Source of the DNA: Candidatus Kerfeldbacteria bacterium CG15_BIG_FIL_POST_REV_8_21_14_020_45_12
GTDB taxonomy: Bacteria > Patescibacteriota > Patescibacteriia > UBA9570 > XYC2-FULL-38-9
NCBI GenBank assembly: GCA_002781785.1
Contig: PFGC01000042.1
Coordinates: 14,746-69,753, forward strand
Direction: 5' to 3'
Length of the DNA: 55,008 nucleotides
Each line of letters opens with the position of its first letter. Within the stretch, counting starts at the first letter, position 1. Below the pieces are notes generated by a model, which was not told the DNA's origin, searched no databases, and worked only from the letters and a program-made list of their open reading frames with translations. Position numbers and translations under genes: made by a program. Positions 44,279 to 52,564 of this stretch are shown piece after piece.

Positions 44279-44638
44279 TTAAATAACGCTCGCACCAGTG
44301 GCACCTGCAAGAACGCCGACAGCGTAGATTGAGATACCCCATGCAGCCATCACGATTACTAAACCGATGATAGCAGCAACCAGTAGCTTCTTGGCGCCGT
44401 CAACCTTTTCTTCGTTGCCAGCTGCGGTCATCCAACGGAAGCCGCCAATAAGAATCATTACAACCGCGATCAGAGCCAAGATACCAAGTACCCAGTTGAT
44501 CAAGTTGATGATGATCGTTTCTGGATCGTTAGTACCATAACCGGACACGTTGATGCCTGTGTTCACCTGCGCGAAAGCAGGGGATGCCACAAACCAACCG
44601 AGTCCAGCGAGTCCTGCGGTAGCTATTTTATTCTTCAT
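44279..44638 (-). CDS. T4SS-pilin-like (TrbC/VirB2-type) small membrane protein 1 (119 aa)
   Basis: Start at ATG 44638 behind AAGGAGGTG. Signal ...ASPAFAQ, then TM1 - GGFRWMTAAGNEEKVDGAKKLL - TM2. Confidence 0.75.
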   Translation of the reverse strand: MKNKIATAGLAGLGWFVASPAFAQVNTGINVSGYGTNDPETIIINLINWVLGILALIAVVMILIGGFRWMTAAGNEEKVDGAKKLLVAAIIGLVIVMAAWGISIYAVGVLAGATGASVI

Positions 44639-44781
44639 GGAGTGTTCACCTCCTTTCGCACAGTATGTGTGTTCACAATTTGTACAGCTACAATAACATA
44701 GATTTCTATAAAAATCAAGTTGCTGAGGATAACTATATATTCTCACTTCTTCATATCAACCTAGACATAACCAAAAAACTC

Positions 44782-44790
44782 TGGTATAGT
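44782..44790 (+). promoter_or_regulatory. Extended -10 element (TGgTATAGT) upstream of pilin-like gene 2
   Basis: TG at 44782-83 and TATAGT at 44785-90, about 30 nt before the ATG at 44821. Confidence 0.35.
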
Positions 44791-44820
44791 TTTACATAAC
44801 AAATCAGTCATGGTACTTCC

Positions 44821-45246
44821 ATGATCCGCCAAACAATAGCCTCTCTGAAAAATTCACTCGCCATCAAATCTTTACTGAAAGGTCTCGCAATTGGCGCTGG
44901 AATTTTTGTACCTCTAGCCAGTCATGCCCAGTCACATATCTTCAACGCTGGCAGCACTGGATCAACCATCCGCACCACCACTGGGCTTGGTTCAAACTCG
45001 CCACAAACCGTCGTAGTAACTATTGTAAACGTGGTTTTAGGAGTCCTGGCCATTGTAGCTGTGGTACTTATTGTAATAGCTGGTTTCCGCTGGATGATGT
45101 CTGGTGGCAACGAAGAAAAGGTTACCGAAGCCAAGAATATGCTACGCGCTGCGATTATTGGACTTGGAATAGTTATGGCTGCCTGGGGTATCTCAATCTA
45201 CGTCATTGGCATATTAGGTCAGGCTACCGGAACCTCAATAACCTAA
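44821..45246 (+). CDS. T4SS-pilin-like small membrane protein 2 (141 aa)
   Basis: Signal ...PLASHAQ, then TM1 - AGFRWMMSGGNEEKVTEAKNML - TM2. Confidence 0.75.
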   Translation: MIRQTIASLKNSLAIKSLLKGLAIGAGIFVPLASHAQSHIFNAGSTGSTIRTTTGLGSNSPQTVVVTIVNVVLGVLAIVAVVLIVIAGFRWMMSGGNEEKVTEAKNMLRAAIIGLGIVMAAWGISIYVIGILGQATGTSIT

Positions 45247-45250
45247 AAAT

Positions 45251-45661
45251 ATGGAGTTTAAACCAACCAAATCAAAGTACACCAAGGCCTTCGTACTTAC
45301 TCTAGCTTCTTTATCTGCAATATTAATTCCTGCCAAAGCCTTAGCTCACCATATTATCAACAGCTCATTACAATCTAGCATCACCTCTAACACCGGACTC
45401 GCCAGCACTAGTCCAACAAATGTAGCGACCCAAATTGTTAGTGCATTTCTCGGTGTGTTAGGCATAATTGCGCTGGTTTTAATAATATACGCTGGATTTC
45501 GTTGGATGACAGCTGGTGGCAACGAAGAAAAGGTTGCCGACGCCAGGAAGACCTTACAGGCTGCCGTTATAGGCTTGTTGATAATCTTAGCCTCGTACGG
45601 CATCTCACTTTATGTATTTGTAATAATTGAGGGAGCCACTGGACAAGGCGCTATTAATTAA
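45251..45661 (+). CDS. T4SS-pilin-like small membrane protein 3 (136 aa)
   Basis: Signal ...PAKALAH, then TM1 - AGFRWMTAGGNEEKVADARKTL - TM2. Confidence 0.75.
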   Translation: MEFKPTKSKYTKAFVLTLASLSAILIPAKALAHHIINSSLQSSITSNTGLASTSPTNVATQIVSAFLGVLGIIALVLIIYAGFRWMTAGGNEEKVADARKTLQAAVIGLLIILASYGISLYVFVIIEGATGQGAIN

Positions 45662-45665
45662 AACC

Positions 45666-46034
45666 ATGAAGCATACACTAAAAAAACTAGCTTCCGTCTT
45701 GTCAGTAGCTATCGGAAGCTTTGCGCTTGGGCAGTCGGTCATAGCCGCACCAACTTCAGGAACATACATTAACTCCTCCCTTCAAAGTACATCTGGTTTA
45801 CCTGATTTATCACCTGTTGCCATAACCCTGAATATAATTAGTACTTTCCTGAGCGTTATTGGGCTGATTGCTTTGCTCTTAATTATTTACGCTGGTTTTC
45901 TTATTCTAACCAGTGGTGGTAATGAGGAAAAAGTAAAAAAGGGACGAGAGACTCTGATTTGGGCAGTCATTGGAGCAACCATTATTCTATCTTCACTTGG
46001 CATAACCCTATTTATTGATAACCTCATCGGTTAA
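45666..46034 (+). CDS. T4SS-pilin-like small membrane protein 4 (122 aa)
   Basis: Start set at ATG 45666 (MKHTLKK). TM1 - AGFLILTSGGNEEKVKKGRETL - TM2. Confidence 0.75.
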   Translation: MKHTLKKLASVLSVAIGSFALGQSVIAAPTSGTYINSSLQSTSGLPDLSPVAITLNIISTFLSVIGLIALLLIIYAGFLILTSGGNEEKVKKGRETLIWAVIGATIILSSLGITLFIDNLIG

Positions 46035-46052
46035 TAGTGTAAAAGATTACTT

Positions 46053-46084
46053 AAAAACCACCCGATTGGGTGGTTTTTTTATTT
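46053..46084. terminator. Bidirectional intrinsic terminator between convergent pilin-like genes 4 and 5
   Basis: aaaaaccaccc (46053-63), loop gatt, gggtggttttt (46068-78). A/T runs flank it on both sides. Confidence 0.75.
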
Positions 46085-46113
46085 TCAATAACACTAATAG
46101 ATCTCCGAAAAAA

Positions 46114-46473
46114 TCACAGAATAGACTCACCCAAAATGGCTTGAAACAGAGCTCTTACTATACCATAGCTACCAAACACGACTACCAATCCGATAGTGGC
46201 CCACATCAGGGTCTCTCTACCTTTCTTCACCTTCTCTTGGTTTCCACTGCTGGTTAGCAACTCGAATCCACCGTAGATCACAAACACCAAAGCAATCGCT
46301 CCTACGATTCCTAGAAAAACTTTGATAACCTGAGCAATCAACACATTTGGATCTGATGTGTTCAGGGGGTTTGATAGCGACAACGTAGCCGCTCCCACTA
46401 AACCAGGCCATGCAGCTATAGTCACTAGCAATGAGCTAGTAACCGCCGATTTGATAGTTTTATTTATTTTCAT
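46114..46473 (-). CDS. T4SS-pilin-like small membrane protein 5 (119 aa)
   Basis: Start set at ATG 46473 (MKINKTIK). TM1 - GGFELLTSSGNQEKVKKGRETL - TM2. Confidence 0.75.
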   Translation of the reverse strand: MKINKTIKSAVTSSLLVTIAAWPGLVGAATLSLSNPLNTSDPNVLIAQVIKVFLGIVGAIALVFVIYGGFELLTSSGNQEKVKKGRETLMWATIGLVVVFGSYGIVRALFQAILGESIL

Positions 46474-46521
46474 ATATGTATATTCTCCTAAAAGCCTAAG
46501 CCTTGTCAATTTATTTGAATC

Positions 46522-47220
46522 CTATAAACCAGTACAGCAAATCTGCTTTGCCTCACTCGGGTTTCCGCAAAGACCTCCATTGGAAATTACAGTACCACCT
46601 GCACCAGTGCAATCTGTAGCACCATCGGCCACACACTGACCCCCCTTGCCGCCACTACCAGCTGCTACTGTGCAGATTGGCGTACAAGTACCGGAAGCGC
46701 AGACACATCCACCATCCACTCCACACGAGCTATCTTTGCATAAAGCACCATCCGGTGTAGCTGAATCACTGCAGTCGCTATTAGCGCTAGCGGGACGAGT
46801 ACCTGAAGTACAATATTCGTTCCAGTCGTTACTATATAGAGTTGGCGCGGTAGAGAATCCAGACTGGCCCAAGAGAGATGCGATTGTAAAACTCACAATC
46901 AAGTAACCTGATAAAACTAAGGCTACTCCTATTACAGCACCAATCAAAATTTGCTGCCCACGTTTTACCCGCTCTGGATTGCCTGCTGAAATAATCCACA
47001 TTAATCCGCCTACCACCACCATTAACATAGCCACACCGCTGACTACACCAAGCACCCACTGTGCAATATTTACAAACAAAGTAATAAAATCACAAGCGGT
47101 GCAGTCCCCATTTTCAGCACAGCCTGGCAATATATTTTGCGCAAAAGCCGCTACCGGCGACAGCGCCAAGGCTCCAACTACTAATGACCAAATATATTTT
47201 GTGGCTTGTCTTACTCTCAT
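46522..47220 (-). CDS. T4SS-pilin-like protein 6 with a Cys-rich ~110-aa C-terminal extension (232 aa, 16 Cys)
   Basis: Pilin core: TM1 - GGLMWIISAGNPERVKRGQQIL - TM2. Three Cys lie before TM1 (PGCAENGDCTAC) and 13 Cys in the tail (..YCTSG..SDCSD..ALCKDSSCGVDGGCVCASGTCTPICT..GQCVADGATDCTG..GLCGN..QICCTGL). The start overlaps the SBP stop (ATGA). Confidence 0.7.
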   Translation of the reverse strand: MRVRQATKYIWSLVVGALALSPVAAFAQNILPGCAENGDCTACDFITLFVNIAQWVLGVVSGVAMLMVVVGGLMWIISAGNPERVKRGQQILIGAVIGVALVLSGYLIVSFTIASLLGQSGFSTAPTLYSNDWNEYCTSGTRPASANSDCSDSATPDGALCKDSSCGVDGGCVCASGTCTPICTVAAGSGGKGGQCVADGATDCTGAGGTVISNGGLCGNPSEAKQICCTGL

Positions 47221-48587
47221 AATGTCAGACCGACTTTTTGCTGAGCTAAAGATACTATATCTATCAGTGGAACAATCTGTTCGTTTGCCTCTACGACCAT
47301 GTCGTGAAAGGCTCTTAAAGCACCGTCAGGATCTACACCATGATACCACGAACGAGCGGTTAGGGCCTGTTGAGAAAAAGGTCCAAGCTTAGGATCTGAC
47401 TGAGTTTCTCCTATTAAAACCTTTAGCGCAGGAACCTTGCCGGTAGTCTCCAAATAAGTTCTAACCTGATCTTCGGTTGTAGCAAAATTTAAGAAATTCC
47501 ATGCGTGATCAGAATTTTCTGAGCCAATATGCACCGTTTCCACGTTATAGCTCAAATAATTCACCGGATTATCCTCATCTATCTGCGGTAACTTTGCGTA
47601 AGAATAGCTAAGGCCTGGGGCTCTCTGTTCAATATCCTGGATATCCGTCTGGTAGCCAAAATAGAAACCTAACGTACCTTGAGTAAAGGCTTCCAGCGCG
47701 TTGAGCTGCTGATCGTCCCAAGTAAATGTACTAAATTCATTATCTGCAAATTTACGGTAAAAATCTACAGACTCTACCCCTGGTATGCCAGAATCAGTTT
47801 CAGCTGCAAAGCTTACTCTAGATCCTGACATCATTTGGGTACCATTCTGCATCATGATAACTGACAACAGATCCATAAAATATGGAACATTGTCTGCGGT
47901 GCCTAGAGCGGCTGCAGGCAACACCACGGCTCTCTCATCGTCATGTACAGTCATAGCCTTGACCGCATCAACAAACTCGCCCCAAGTAGCTGGCGGTACT
48001 GCCACCTGAGCTCTTGCTAAAAGGTCGCGATTATAAAACATCACTAAAGCATCGGTGGCTAAAGGTAGCCCATAAACCTTTCCATCAAACAAAATATCGT
48101 CAGCTACCGCTTGCGGATAAGTATCCAGAATTTGCTGTTCGCTTAGAAAAACTGTTGATCTAGGTTCTACTACAACCTGAGTTCTACCAAATGATTTTTT
48201 TGCAAAAGATCTTACAAAATCAGCCTTAGCCGGCATAGGCGATGCGTATTCACGAAATTTACCTAACCGCCAATTCGGTACAGAAAATATATCCGGCCCT
48301 TCCCCCTTGGACCAAGCTGACAGCAAAGCTTCTTCGTAGCCCTCTTCTGGCATTTGCTTGTATTGAAATGTAACATGGGGATAAACTGCCGAATATTCAG
48401 CTATAGCTCTACCAAAAGCATCATTAGAGTCTCCCACTCTCCAGATTGTCAAAGTCACCGGCTCCGGAGCCACTAGATTGCTTGAACCGCCCCCACAGCT
48501 TTGTCCGACACCTACCAACATCACGAACAACATCAAAAAGGCCGCTATCTGCTTGCGAAATCGTCTTACTAATGGACTAAATGCCAT
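47217..48587 (-). CDS. Extracellular solute-binding protein (ABC family-1, sugar-type), lipoprotein-like
   Basis: N-terminal TM plus lipobox-like LVGVGQSCGGG. 456 aa with SBP_bac_1-like features (TIWRVGD, GPDIFSVPNW, YGLPL). No permease or ATPase genes nearby. Confidence 0.7.
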   Translation of the reverse strand: MAFSPLVRRFRKQIAAFLMLFVMLVGVGQSCGGGSSNLVAPEPVTLTIWRVGDSNDAFGRAIAEYSAVYPHVTFQYKQMPEEGYEEALLSAWSKGEGPDIFSVPNWRLGKFREYASPMPAKADFVRSFAKKSFGRTQVVVEPRSTVFLSEQQILDTYPQAVADDILFDGKVYGLPLATDALVMFYNRDLLARAQVAVPPATWGEFVDAVKAMTVHDDERAVVLPAAALGTADNVPYFMDLLSVIMMQNGTQMMSGSRVSFAAETDSGIPGVESVDFYRKFADNEFSTFTWDDQQLNALEAFTQGTLGFYFGYQTDIQDIEQRAPGLSYSYAKLPQIDEDNPVNYLSYNVETVHIGSENSDHAWNFLNFATTEDQVRTYLETTGKVPALKVLIGETQSDPKLGPFSQQALTARSWYHGVDPDGALRAFHDMVVEANEQIVPLIDIVSLAQQKVGLTL

Positions 48588-48591
48588 ACGG

Positions 48592-49461
48592 TTATACCAT
48601 TATGGATTGGATGTATTTACGAACTGACTCACCCACCTCTTCATGCTTGATGGCAAACGAGATCATCGCTTTAACATATTCTACCTTGTTTCCACAGTCT
48701 CGGTATATACCATCATAAGTTTTCGAATGCATTTGCTCATCTGCCATAAGAGCTTTTATCGCATCAGTCAGTTGAATCTCGCCACCTGCACCTGGTTTGG
48801 TTCTTTCAAGATGAGTGAATATTCCTGAAGTCAACAACCAACGTCCACCAACAGCCAGATTTGACGGGGCTTCATCAATCGCTGGCTTCTCGATGACATC
48901 ATCAATACTATTAATGCCATTTCCCAAATCTTCTGTCAGACTAACAACCCCATAGTGATCACAGCGCTCCCTTGGCACTGCGTGCACACCTAAGACAGAC
49001 CCACCGTATTTATTGAACACATCTATCAATTGCCTGGCGGCTGGGACCTCTGCTTCAACAATATCATCACCTCCAAAAACTATAAACGGCTCTTCACCTA
49101 TCAATTCTCTTGCCTGTAAGACAGCATGTCCTAATCCCAGGGGCTCATTCTGAGGCACGTATACAAATTTTGCCAAATCACACATTTCCCTCACCGCCGA
49201 CAATTGATCTGGCTTATTTTTTTCATCAAGTATCCGCTCTAGTTCTTCATTACGAGAAAAATGCTCCTGAATAGCAAATTTTTTATCATTTGTAATAAAA
49301 ATAATCTCTTCAATCCCAGACTGAATCGCCTCCTCCACAATGTATTGAATAACTGGCTTGTCTACAATTGGAAGCAACTCCTTTGGAATAGCCTTCGTCG
49401 CAGGTAAAAACCTAGTTCCCATTCCAGCAACTGGAATCACTGCCTTTCTGATACGTGCCAT
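48592..49461 (-). CDS. galU: UTP--glucose-1-phosphate uridylyltransferase
   Basis: KAVIPVAGMGTRFLPATKAIPKELLPIVDKPVIQYIVEEA and GLGHAVLQA. Confidence 0.92.
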   Translation of the reverse strand: MARIRKAVIPVAGMGTRFLPATKAIPKELLPIVDKPVIQYIVEEAIQSGIEEIIFITNDKKFAIQEHFSRNEELERILDEKNKPDQLSAVREMCDLAKFVYVPQNEPLGLGHAVLQARELIGEEPFIVFGGDDIVEAEVPAARQLIDVFNKYGGSVLGVHAVPRERCDHYGVVSLTEDLGNGINSIDDVIEKPAIDEAPSNLAVGGRWLLTSGIFTHLERTKPGAGGEIQLTDAIKALMADEQMHSKTYDGIYRDCGNKVEYVKAMISFAIKHEEVGESVRKYIQSIMV

Positions 49462-49513
49462 GTGAATCTTTTTTACTTCAAATATCAGTAATTAACTCCT
49501 TACCGTCCCACAA

Positions 49514-49542
49514 ACTATACAATATTGAGCCCAATATGACAA
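49514..49542 (-). promoter_or_regulatory. Candidate promoter of the galU / SBP / pilin-like operon
   Basis: Minus strand: TTGTCA (plus 49537-42), 17-nt spacer, TATAGT (plus 49514-19). TAAGGAG follows upstream of the galU ATG. Confidence 0.4.
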
Positions 49543-49557
49543 CGTATGAACGTCACC

Positions 49558-49983
49558 TTAATCTTTATGGTAAGGATGACCCTCAATTAAAGTTTGAGCC
49601 CGGTATATTTGCTCCAATAATAGGACGCGAGCCAATTCATGTGGAAAGGTCATCTCCGATAAAGCTATAATATCCGTTGCGTAATCGCGAGCCGCTGCCG
49701 GCAAGCCCGCCGCATCACCTACCACCATAGTAAAATCACTAGTCAGGCTGGATTTCTTATCTAAATAGGTGGCAAATTCTCGAGAATTCATTAATGATCC
49801 ATGCTCATCCAGTAATGTTACCAGCCCTTTAGTCTTTATTATCGCAGACATTAATTCCTTGTCATTCTTTAAATAGGTTCTATTACAGGTAAATCTTCCC
49901 CTAATTCGACCAGCGTACTCATCTTCGAGGGTCAATAATTCTCTAGACCTGGTTTTTCCAACCGATAGAATGGTAATATGCAT
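49558..49983 (-). CDS. rlmH: 23S rRNA (pseudouridine1915-N3)-methyltransferase RlmH (SPOUT)
   Basis: MHITILSVGK, TMVVGDAAGL, IALSEMTFPHELARVLLLEQIYRA. Confidence 0.88.
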   Translation of the reverse strand: MHITILSVGKTRSRELLTLEDEYAGRIRGRFTCNRTYLKNDKELMSAIIKTKGLVTLLDEHGSLMNSREFATYLDKKSSLTSDFTMVVGDAAGLPAAARDYATDIIALSEMTFPHELARVLLLEQIYRAQTLIEGHPYHKD

Positions 49984-50003
49984 TAGCGTAGAATAGCATA
50001 CCT

Positions 50004-50336
50004 ATGAAAATAGAACTCCTGGACAATGAAAAAATCATAAAAGAAGGCATGGCTACCCGTTATTCAGGCAATCGTCTTTTATGGACTGGCGCGCTGTATT
50101 TAACAAATCAGCGTATTTCTTTTGTCACTCATCCACTCAATTTTCAACGCTATAGCATTACCGTTCCACTCGAACAAATTTCAACAGTCGAGCTAGTATA
50201 CAATTATAGAATTTTTCCGCACGGATTCCGCCTCAATTTGCACACCGGAGAAAATCTTCATTTTTCCGGCTGGAATCGAAAACTCTGGATCAAGACTATC
50301 CGGCAGGCTATTACAAAAAAATCTACAGCAGCTTAA
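50004..50336 (+). CDS. Small GRAM/bacterial-PH-like domain protein
   Basis: GALYLTNQRISFVTHPLNF...VPLEQISTVE pattern. 110 aa. Confidence 0.5.
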   Translation: MKIELLDNEKIIKEGMATRYSGNRLLWTGALYLTNQRISFVTHPLNFQRYSITVPLEQISTVELVYNYRIFPHGFRLNLHTGENLHFSGWNRKLWIKTIRQAITKKSTAA

Positions 50337-52563
50337 TCCGAGTATCTATGGAAAACCTGGCCATCAGGTGAACAATAGTCGATTCAGCTCCTTGGTTTAA
50401 ACTCACTTTAGTTTCAGATAAACCATCGCCACAGCCACCGGTCTCTGAATCATAAACAACTTGGTGCAGAGAGTTGCGACCTAAAAACCAGTGATAAGCT
50501 TGCATGGACTCATCACGATAAATCTGCTTTTTGGTTATTCGATTGGCAATAGACAGAGTTCGAGTCATCGAAGCAGCCTCAATTGGTTGCTGGTCAAAAA
50601 GAGCTCGCTCCTGCCCTTCAGTATACCAACCTGCCTGACCTATTGGATGAAAGACGCCGTCATATAAAGTTTCTCCTCTTAAGAAATCAAGCGTAGTTTC
50701 AGCAACTTCCAGATATCTTTTATTTCCAGTCGTCTTATAGGCATACAATAATGCCTCTGATAATTTACTATTTGAGTAAGTTAAAGTTTTCTCAAACCAC
50801 TGCCACTGATCATGAGAATTATTTTCATAAAGCCTCACCAACTCATCAGCAAACTGGATCATGTTTTTTAGCAAAGCAGGAGCCTGATCTGTTCTGTAAG
50901 CAAAGTACAATCCTGCCATCCCAAAACTCATAGACCGCGGGGAGGACAATTGTGGCAATGCATTTGTGGCGTCTCTAAATAATTTCCCAGCCTTGTCCTT
51001 AAGTTCCGATGGAGCTCCGCTTAGGTTCATAGTGTAACCAAGTGCCCACATCGTTCTAGCGTGTGCGTCGCTGCTCCAATCAACAGTATCTACTGTACGC
51101 TCAATATCACAGTAATTGTAAAACCGACCGCCAACACCACTCATGTGCTCAATGAAATTTAAGTAGATTCTCATGTATCGAAATACCAGCGGCTTTTTGT
51201 ATATAGACCAATGCATAGCCATGGCCAACAGCGCTCTAGCCACATCGTCAATTGAATAACCTGTCGCTCTATCTGGCGTTGACTGTTTCGAGAATTGAAT
51301 CACGCCAAAGTCATCCGTCAATCGAAGTAAGTGGTCAAGTCTGACAACTGGCAAAGCGGGAAGATTCTTTTCACCTTGATAACTTCTAGGTAAATGGTCC
51401 GCCATCTCTCTATAGTAAGCCAGTGCTACATTCGGCCATGTCATATGCCTGGTTCCACTATAGGCCAACTGGCGCAAAGCCTCCTGCTTATCTGGGTGTC
51501 TTAATAAATCAAGCAGCGGGTTCTCATATGATTGTGGTGACTCAAAATCAGCCAGCAAGCACAATCCCTGCTCTGCCATTTCCTTCGCATGTAAAAAGGG
51601 TGAGCTAATAACAGCGTTGCCAGCACCTACAGCATAGGCCAATGTGCCACTAACAATTTGATCCGGACTCTGTGAAGAATTTATGTAAATATCGGTAGCC
51701 TTTAAATATTTCACCAAATCTTTTTCTGACAAGTACTGTTTGAGAAATCTAACGTTATCTGACAAACCGAGGCTCTCAACCTGTTGAACTAAGGATTGTC
51801 GATAACCCTCACCGAATCGTTCAATAATATTTGGATGTGTTTGTCCAACTATTAAATACAAAACATCTGGAAATTCTTCGATAACTTTCGGCAGGGCCTC
51901 TAAAACTACCTCAATGCCTTTGTCCGGATTAATCAGTCCAAAGGTTGAAATTAAAGTGCGCCCAGCAAAACCAAGTTGTTTTTTTATAAAACCATTATCG
52001 TATGGTGCGATTCTTGGGACACCGTGGGGAATGATTATAATTTTATTGGGGGACACTCCATAAACATTCTGCAATAGTTGTTTTGCCGTCTCGTTCATGA
52101 CAACTAATTTTGTAGACCCATCAGCGACAGCCCGAAGACCTTTCAAATACTCAGGCGCTGGATTTGGTAGAACCGTATGGCACGTTGTAAAAACTGGTTT
52201 TTTCAACGCTCTATAAAAATCCTCAATCGCATCACCAAAATTTCCACCAAATAATCCAAACTCATGCTCCACTACCACCAGTTTCACCTTGGGATTATCA
52301 TTTAACATCTTGGCAGTCGCAGCAAAACCATCGTAATCGCCCTCAACAACCTCAGCTATGACTTTTTTTGGATAAAGGTAATGTTTGGTTTTTGATGGGT
52401 TTATAGCCACAACTTTTGTTTTCAACCAGGCCGGCGTCTGATCGTCTAAGGCATCGCTAACATGCTTGGCAAAGGTTGCAACTCCACACTCTCGTGGAGG
52501 AAAACTAGATAAAAAAACTACCCAGGATTCATGCTGGTCAGGTTTTATCTTAGGGGTGCGCAT
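50323..52563 (-). CDS. GT-B glycosyltransferase (GT4-like) fused to a ~340-aa C-terminal helical domain (746 aa)
   Basis: N-terminus VVFLSSFPPRECGVATFA. The segment YINSSQSPDQIVSGTLAYAVGAGNAVISSP occupies the place of the GT4 EX7E region. I do not recognise the C-terminal half (LLRLTDDFGVIQFS..., DDVARALLAM). Confidence 0.7.
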   Translation of the reverse strand: MRTPKIKPDQHESWVVFLSSFPPRECGVATFAKHVSDALDDQTPAWLKTKVVAINPSKTKHYLYPKKVIAEVVEGDYDGFAATAKMLNDNPKVKLVVVEHEFGLFGGNFGDAIEDFYRALKKPVFTTCHTVLPNPAPEYLKGLRAVADGSTKLVVMNETAKQLLQNVYGVSPNKIIIIPHGVPRIAPYDNGFIKKQLGFAGRTLISTFGLINPDKGIEVVLEALPKVIEEFPDVLYLIVGQTHPNIIERFGEGYRQSLVQQVESLGLSDNVRFLKQYLSEKDLVKYLKATDIYINSSQSPDQIVSGTLAYAVGAGNAVISSPFLHAKEMAEQGLCLLADFESPQSYENPLLDLLRHPDKQEALRQLAYSGTRHMTWPNVALAYYREMADHLPRSYQGEKNLPALPVVRLDHLLRLTDDFGVIQFSKQSTPDRATGYSIDDVARALLAMAMHWSIYKKPLVFRYMRIYLNFIEHMSGVGGRFYNYCDIERTVDTVDWSSDAHARTMWALGYTMNLSGAPSELKDKAGKLFRDATNALPQLSSPRSMSFGMAGLYFAYRTDQAPALLKNMIQFADELVRLYENNSHDQWQWFEKTLTYSNSKLSEALLYAYKTTGNKRYLEVAETTLDFLRGETLYDGVFHPIGQAGWYTEGQERALFDQQPIEAASMTRTLSIANRITKKQIYRDESMQAYHWFLGRNSLHQVVYDSETGGCGDGLSETKVSLNQGAESTIVHLMARFSIDTRIKLL

Positions 52564-52564
52564 A

